Shown here one piece after another: positions 58,389 to 64,000 of a stretch of DNA of 64,000 nt. The first letter of the stretch is position 1, and each line of letters begins with the position of its first letter. The stretch is from the NCBI RefSeq assembly GCF_009914755.1, contig NC_060948.1; one strand, given 5' to 3'. A program made the position numbers and the translations under genes. The notes under the pieces are model-generated. The model did not search any database. It was not told where the DNA came from and saw only the letters and a program-made list of their open reading frames with translations. Origin of the DNA: the human T2T-CHM13v2.0 reference genome, Homo sapiens.

Positions 58389-58692
58389 GGGTCTAGGCAC
58401 AGTGGTTCACACCTATAATCCCAACACTTTGGGAGGCAGAGACCAACAGATAGCTTGACCCCAGGAATTCAAGACCAGCCTAAGCAACAAGGCAAATCCT
58501 GTCTCTACAAAAAATACAGAAATTAGCCAGGTGTGGTGGCACACACCCGTAGTCCTGGCTACTCAGGAGGCTAAGGTGGGAGGATCAATTGAGCCCTGGA
58601 GGTTGAGGTTGCAGTGAACCATGATTGCCCCACTGCACGACACCTGGGGTGACAGAGCAAGACCTTGCCTCAAAAAAAAAAAAAAAAAAAAA
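58389..58692 (+). mobile_element. AluJ
   Basis: Alu dimer with poly(A). Confidence 0.92.
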
Positions 58693-58697
58693 GCTTT

Positions 58698-59373
58698 TGT
58701 TACCATAGGTAGTTAGGCAGACATGAGCAGGGAAGGAGAGGGCCCTCTTCACCAGGAATGTCAGGCGACCATAAGGTGATAGTGAGGTGGTTGTTAAACT
58801 GTCTCTAAAATAATAATTGGTTGCAGCCAGCGCCAGGGAAACGCAGTCTCCCAATAGATAGAAAACACCTGAAACTGATGATCAGCAGCTTCCTGATTAG
58901 ATGGCAGGAGTTGGGTGAGTGAACTCAAGCATGCACACTAAGAGGCAAAATGGTGGAATTAACTGGTACCTCACCTTCCTTAGGGAATACTCAACCGGTA
59001 AGGGAAAAATGTTTCAAGGCGGCCTGAATACAACTTTAGTAAACACACTGCACACGTGGCCCCTCCTAAGTGCTGGCAGGCCACCCCAAGGGAAGGATCA
59101 GGGGAGAAGGGCACAATCACCCCAGAAGCATAAAAACCCAAGTCAACGGTCAAACCTTGCACTTGATCTCTCAAGTCACCCGCTTGCCCCTCTTCCAAGT
59201 GTACTTCACTTCCTTTCATTCTTGCTCTAAAACTTCTTAATAAACTTTCACTCCTTCCCTTAAGCTTGCCTCAGTTTCTCCCTCTGCCTTATTCCCTTTG
59301 GTTGAATTCTTTCTTCTGAAGGAGGTAAGAATTGAGGTTGCTGCAGTCTTGTGTGGATTCACCACTGATAACA
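58698..59373 (+). mobile_element. MER50-like ERV1 solo LTR (related LTR fragments at ~58208-58388)
   Basis: tgttaccataggtagttaggcagacatgagcaggg...aataaactttcactc...gataaca. Confidence 0.75.
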
Positions 59374-59994
59374 GTTAAAATGGTAAATTTTATGTTATGT
59401 ATATTTTATCACAATAAAAATTACCAAATAAGAGATAATTGGCTATTTAAACATAAATAATAACCATGTATTATAGGGGTTATGACTTATATAAATTGGA
59501 AGACAAAAACAATAACATAAAGGCTGGTGGGGGGAGAAATAGAAGTATACCCATTTGAGGATATCATACCACATATGAAGAGGTATAGTATCCCTCAAAA
59601 TATATCGTGATAAGAAAAGATGTATGCTACCACTAAAATAATAAAACAAAGAGTTAAAGCTAATAAGTCTATAAAGGAGATAAAAATGGATCATAAAAAT
59701 ACTCAACTAATTCAAATCAATCCAGTTAATCTAAATTAATCCAATTAATCTAAAATAAGACAGAGAGGGAGGAAAAAAGGAACAAAGAACAGGTGGAACA
59801 AATAAGAAACAAATGCCAATGTGATAGAGTGAAAGTTAGCCATTACAGATAAAAAGTTTAAATAAAAATAGTCCAATTAGCCCCATTAAAAGGCAGACTG
59901 TCAGATTGGATAAAAATGCAAGACAACTTTGTGCTGCCTGCAAGAGATGCACTTTAAAATATAAAGACACAAATGGGTTAAAAGTGAAAAAAAA

Positions 59995-60101
59995 TTTTCT
60001 TTTCTTGAGGCCAGGCTGTTCTCAAACTCCTGCGCTCAGGATCCACCTGCCCCAGCCTCCCAAAGTACCGGCATTACAGGCATGAGCCACGGGGCCTGGC
60101 C
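59995..60101 (-). mobile_element. Alu left-monomer fragment
   Basis: ggccaggctgttctcaaactcctg...catgagccac..cctggcc. Confidence 0.85.
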
Positions 60102-60166
60102 AAATAGTCTAAGTTTTGACAAGGGTATGCCATTGCTGACACTGGCCAAGAGGAAGCTGGAGTGGC

Positions 60167-60666
60167 TGAGCAGTTTTCTGAGAGCCAAAACCCAACTCTG
60201 TGTGTGAGTTTTCAGCCACTACAAAGGCCTTACCACAAGTTTGTTCCATGGGTCCTCCCCACCGGCCTCGGTGCACAACCAGAACCAGAGCACACAGTCC
60301 CCTAGGGGAGTTGTATCAAAGACTCACGTCCCCCCGCACTTATGTTCTTACACATACCTGCATTCCCAGCCCAGATACGTCCATGCAGAGGTCCCCGGAT
60401 CAGGAGGGTCCTGGCAGAGGTCTTTCTTGGCTGCCTCTACTAGACACCAACTTCTTGAGGGTAACCTGAAAAACATGCTTTTCTCTCTTCTTCTTCTTCT
60501 TCCTCCTCTTCTTCTTCTTCTGCTTCTTCTTCTTCTTCCTCTTCTCCTTCTTCTTCTTCCTCTTCTGCTTCCTTCTCTTCTTCTTCCCCTTCTTCCTCTT
60601 CTTCTTCTTCTTTTTTCTTTTCTTCTCATTCTCCTCCTCCTCCTCCTCCCCCTCCCTCCTCCTCCT

Positions 60667-60707
<41 letters not shown>

Positions 60708-61153
60708 AGACTGAGTCTCATGCTGTCGCTTAGGATGGAGTGCAGTGGCGCGATCTCGGCTCACTGCAACAACCTCCGCCTCCGCGGTCCTCAGTATTAA
60801 GTATCTTCCACTCCTAGCCTTCCCCAAACTCCCACCCTTCACCACAGGGTCCATAAATTCCCAGCAACAGCGAAATAGCAGGAGGCTCATGTTCGGCAGT
60901 CCGTCTCGCTAAGCAGGGAGATGATCATCCCCATACCCCAAACTCCCCTCCTCTGAGCTGCTCCATGGGGGAAAACATGGAACATTCTGGGAGCTGGCAC
61001 TTCTTCCTTTTTTGCTTCTTGCTTATACTGTTGCATAAGTGAATAAAGTCTTGATGGTTTCTTTTTTTTTTTTCTTTTTAAGTTTGGCCGTTTTCTTAAC
61101 TGACCACGTTAAAACCTGGCAGCTCAGCTCTCTCTCCAGCTGAGCCCTCGACA
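60167..61153 (+). mobile_element. Solo LTR (probably ERVL class), containing a CT-rich tract (60479-60667) and a reverse Alu 3' fragment (60668-60790)
   Basis: TG...CA ends, near-identical 5-bp flanks gtggc/gaggc and AATAAA near 61041. It splits the L1 motif gctggagtggc|tatattaat. Confidence 0.65.
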
Positions 61154-62060
61154 GAGGCTATATTAATATACTAAAAGAAGTAAATCTTAGAGTGAAAAAT
61201 GTTACCGTAGGCAGAGAGTCATTTCAGCATGACAAATTGGTCAGTTAATGAAAATGTGACAATCCTAAGGGTTTAGGTACTTCATAACAGTGCTTCAAAT
61301 ACATGAGGCAAAAACTAATAGATTGTAAGGAGAAATAAACACATCCATAATTGTAGCTGGGAATTTCAATAATCCTTTCTCGATAATTAATAGAACAAGT
61401 GGACAGAAAATCAGCAAGGATATAACAGATTTGAACAATACTATCAAACAACTCCTAATTGACATTTTTACAACACTCCATCCAATGGCAGCAGAATATA
61501 TATTATTTTCAAGTACACATGGGCCATTTACAAAGACCAACTACATTCTGAGCCATAAAACCATTCTCAATATACGTAAAAAGATTCAAGTCATACAAAT
61601 ATGTTCTTTGACCACAGTGAAATTAAATTAGAAATCAATAGAAGAGGGATAACTGAAAAATACCCAAATATCTAGAAACTAAATAACATGCTTCTAAATA
61701 ACTCACAGTTCAAAGAAGAAATCAAAAGGGAAATTACAAAATATTCTGAGGTGAGTGAAAATGAAAATACAGTATATAAGAATTTGTAGGATGCCACTAA
61801 TGTTTGGCATCTAATACTAATACTAATGGAACTGTATAACACCAAATACCTATTTTACAAAAAAAAAAAAAAATGATTCAAGGCAATGACCTCAGGATCC
61901 ATCACAAGAAATAAATAATAAAAACAAGAGTGCACATTAAACTCAAAGGAAGCAGACAGTAGGAAATAATAAAGATCAAAAGAGAAATCAATAAAATAGA
62001 AGACAAAAATAGAGAAAATCAACAAAAACAAAGTTGGTTTCTTGACAAGAAAAATAAAAT

Positions 62061-62372
62061 GGAGTTGGGCACACTGGCTCATGCCTGAAATCCCAACACT
62101 TTGGAAGGCCAGGGCAGGTGGATCACCTGAGGTCAGGAGTTCTAAATGAGCCTGACCAATATGGTGAGACACCATCTCTACTGAAAAATGCAAAAATTAG
62201 CTGGGCTTGGTGGTGCACACCTGTAATCCCAACTACTCAGGATGTTGACGCAGGAGAATTGCCTGAACCCAGGAGGCGGAGGTTGCCCCATTGAGCCGAG
62301 ATCAACCCATTGCACTGCAGCCTGGGCAACAAGACTGAATCTCCATCTCAGAGAGGAAAAAAAAAAAAAAAA
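62061..62372 (+). mobile_element. AluS
   Basis: Alu dimer with poly(A). Confidence 0.93.
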
Positions 62373-62583
62373 CAAAGCAAAAGAAAATGGATAAATCTCA
62401 AGATAGATTGATTAGGAAAAAGGAGAGATCAAAATTTTTCACATTAGGAATGAGAGAATGGGTATCAGTGGTTTCTAAGATATTAAAAAGTATAAAAAGG
62501 GAATATCACTTGTAAAATTTTATGCCCATAAATTTTACAATGGAAATGAAATTAACAAATGTCCTAAAACATATAAAATATCA

Positions 62584-62955
<372 letters not shown>

Positions 62956-63475
62956 AATGTAAAAATTTTCAATTTGTAGTTAGAAATCTTCCCACAAAGG
63001 AGATTTGAGACCCAGATAGCTTTGCCAGTGAATTCTGCCAAACATTTAATGAAGAAATAATACCAATTCTATACAAACTATCCCAGAGAACTTATGAGGC
63101 AGGGAATATTTGTAAGAGACCAGAATTACCATGGCACAAAAACCTTACTAAGATGTTAACAAAAAAGCAAACTATAGGCCAAGATTCTTCATGAATATAG
63201 AAGAAAAAAATTAAAATTTTAGCAAGCTGAATTCAAAATCTATAAAAAGAATACAATATCATGATAAATTGGGATTTTACTTCCTAGGAATTCAGGATGA
63301 TTTTACACTGAAAATAAATCAGTACAATTCTCCATGTTAGCAAAGAGATAAATCACATGATCATCTCAAAAGACACAGAAAAAGCAGGTAACAAAAATCT
63401 AACATGTATTATTAAATAAAAACTTTCAGCAAACTAAGCATAGAAAAGCATTTCCTCAAACTGATAAAGGGCATC

Positions 63476-64000
63476 TGTGATGGTTAATACTGAGTATTAA
63501 CTTGACTAGCTTGAAGGATGCGAAGTAGTGTTCCTGGGTGTGTCTGTGAGGGTGTTGCCAAAGGAGATTAACATTTGAGTCAGTAGACTGGGAGAGGCAG
63601 ACCCACCCTCATTCTGGGTGGCCACAATCTAATCAGCTGCCAGCACAGCTAGAATAAAGCAGGCAGAAGAACATGGAAGAACTAGACTTGCTGAGCCTTC
63701 CGGCTTTCATCTTTCTCCTGTGCTGGATGCTTCCTGCCCTCAAACATCGGAGTGCATGTTTTTCAGCTTTTGGAGTCTCAGGCTTGATGCCAGTGGTTTG
63801 CTAAGGGCTCTCAGGCCTTCGGCCACAGACTGAAGGCGGCACTGTTGGCTTCCCTATTTTTGAGGTTTTGGGGCTTGGACTGGGCTTTCTTGCTCGTCAG
63901 CTTGTAGACGGCCTATCATGGGATTTCACCTTGTGATCATGTGAGTCAATACTCCTTAATAAATTCCCTTTCATATACACATCTCTCCTATTAGTTCTGT
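63476..64000 (+). mobile_element. MLT2A (HERV-L LTR), running off the window end
   Basis: tgtgatggttaatactgag...gtgtgtctgtgagggtgttgccaaaggagattaacatttgagtcag. Confidence 0.88.

Noticed and set aside
60241-60890. Leu-rich and Arg/Lys-rich ORFs of 155-180 aa
   Set aside because: They are translations of the CT-rich microsatellite and poly(T).

Overview
Repeat-dense primate genomic DNA, very probably human because it carries an AluYa5. I find no intact protein-coding gene, RNA gene or CRISPR array; nearly all listed ORFs come from Alu, L1, ERV or low-complexity sequence. The window looks like a mosaic of duplicated segments. (i) A young L1PA ORF2 (1-1450) is split by a ~19.9-kb unspliced insert (1451-21351). 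The insert is flanked by a perfect 25-bp direct repeat and carries a frameshifted minus-strand exon of PPP1R12B/MYPT2 (SYLTPV...RRSTQ). (ii) The L1 resumes at 21352 and ends at an AluYa5 with no target-site duplication (TSD). (iii) A block of old LTR, L1 and HUERS-P3-like sequence follows and ends in diverged 68-bp beta satellite (~31955-33670). (iv) The rest is unrelated sequence holding a deleted minus-strand ERV9/LTR12 provirus (37720-46707) and many MIR, L2, LTR and L1 relics. This fits a PPP1R12B-pseudogene segmental-duplication region such as those known on chrY, but that location is inferred. Repeat family names come from recall of consensus sequences, and boundaries without a TSD are approximate.
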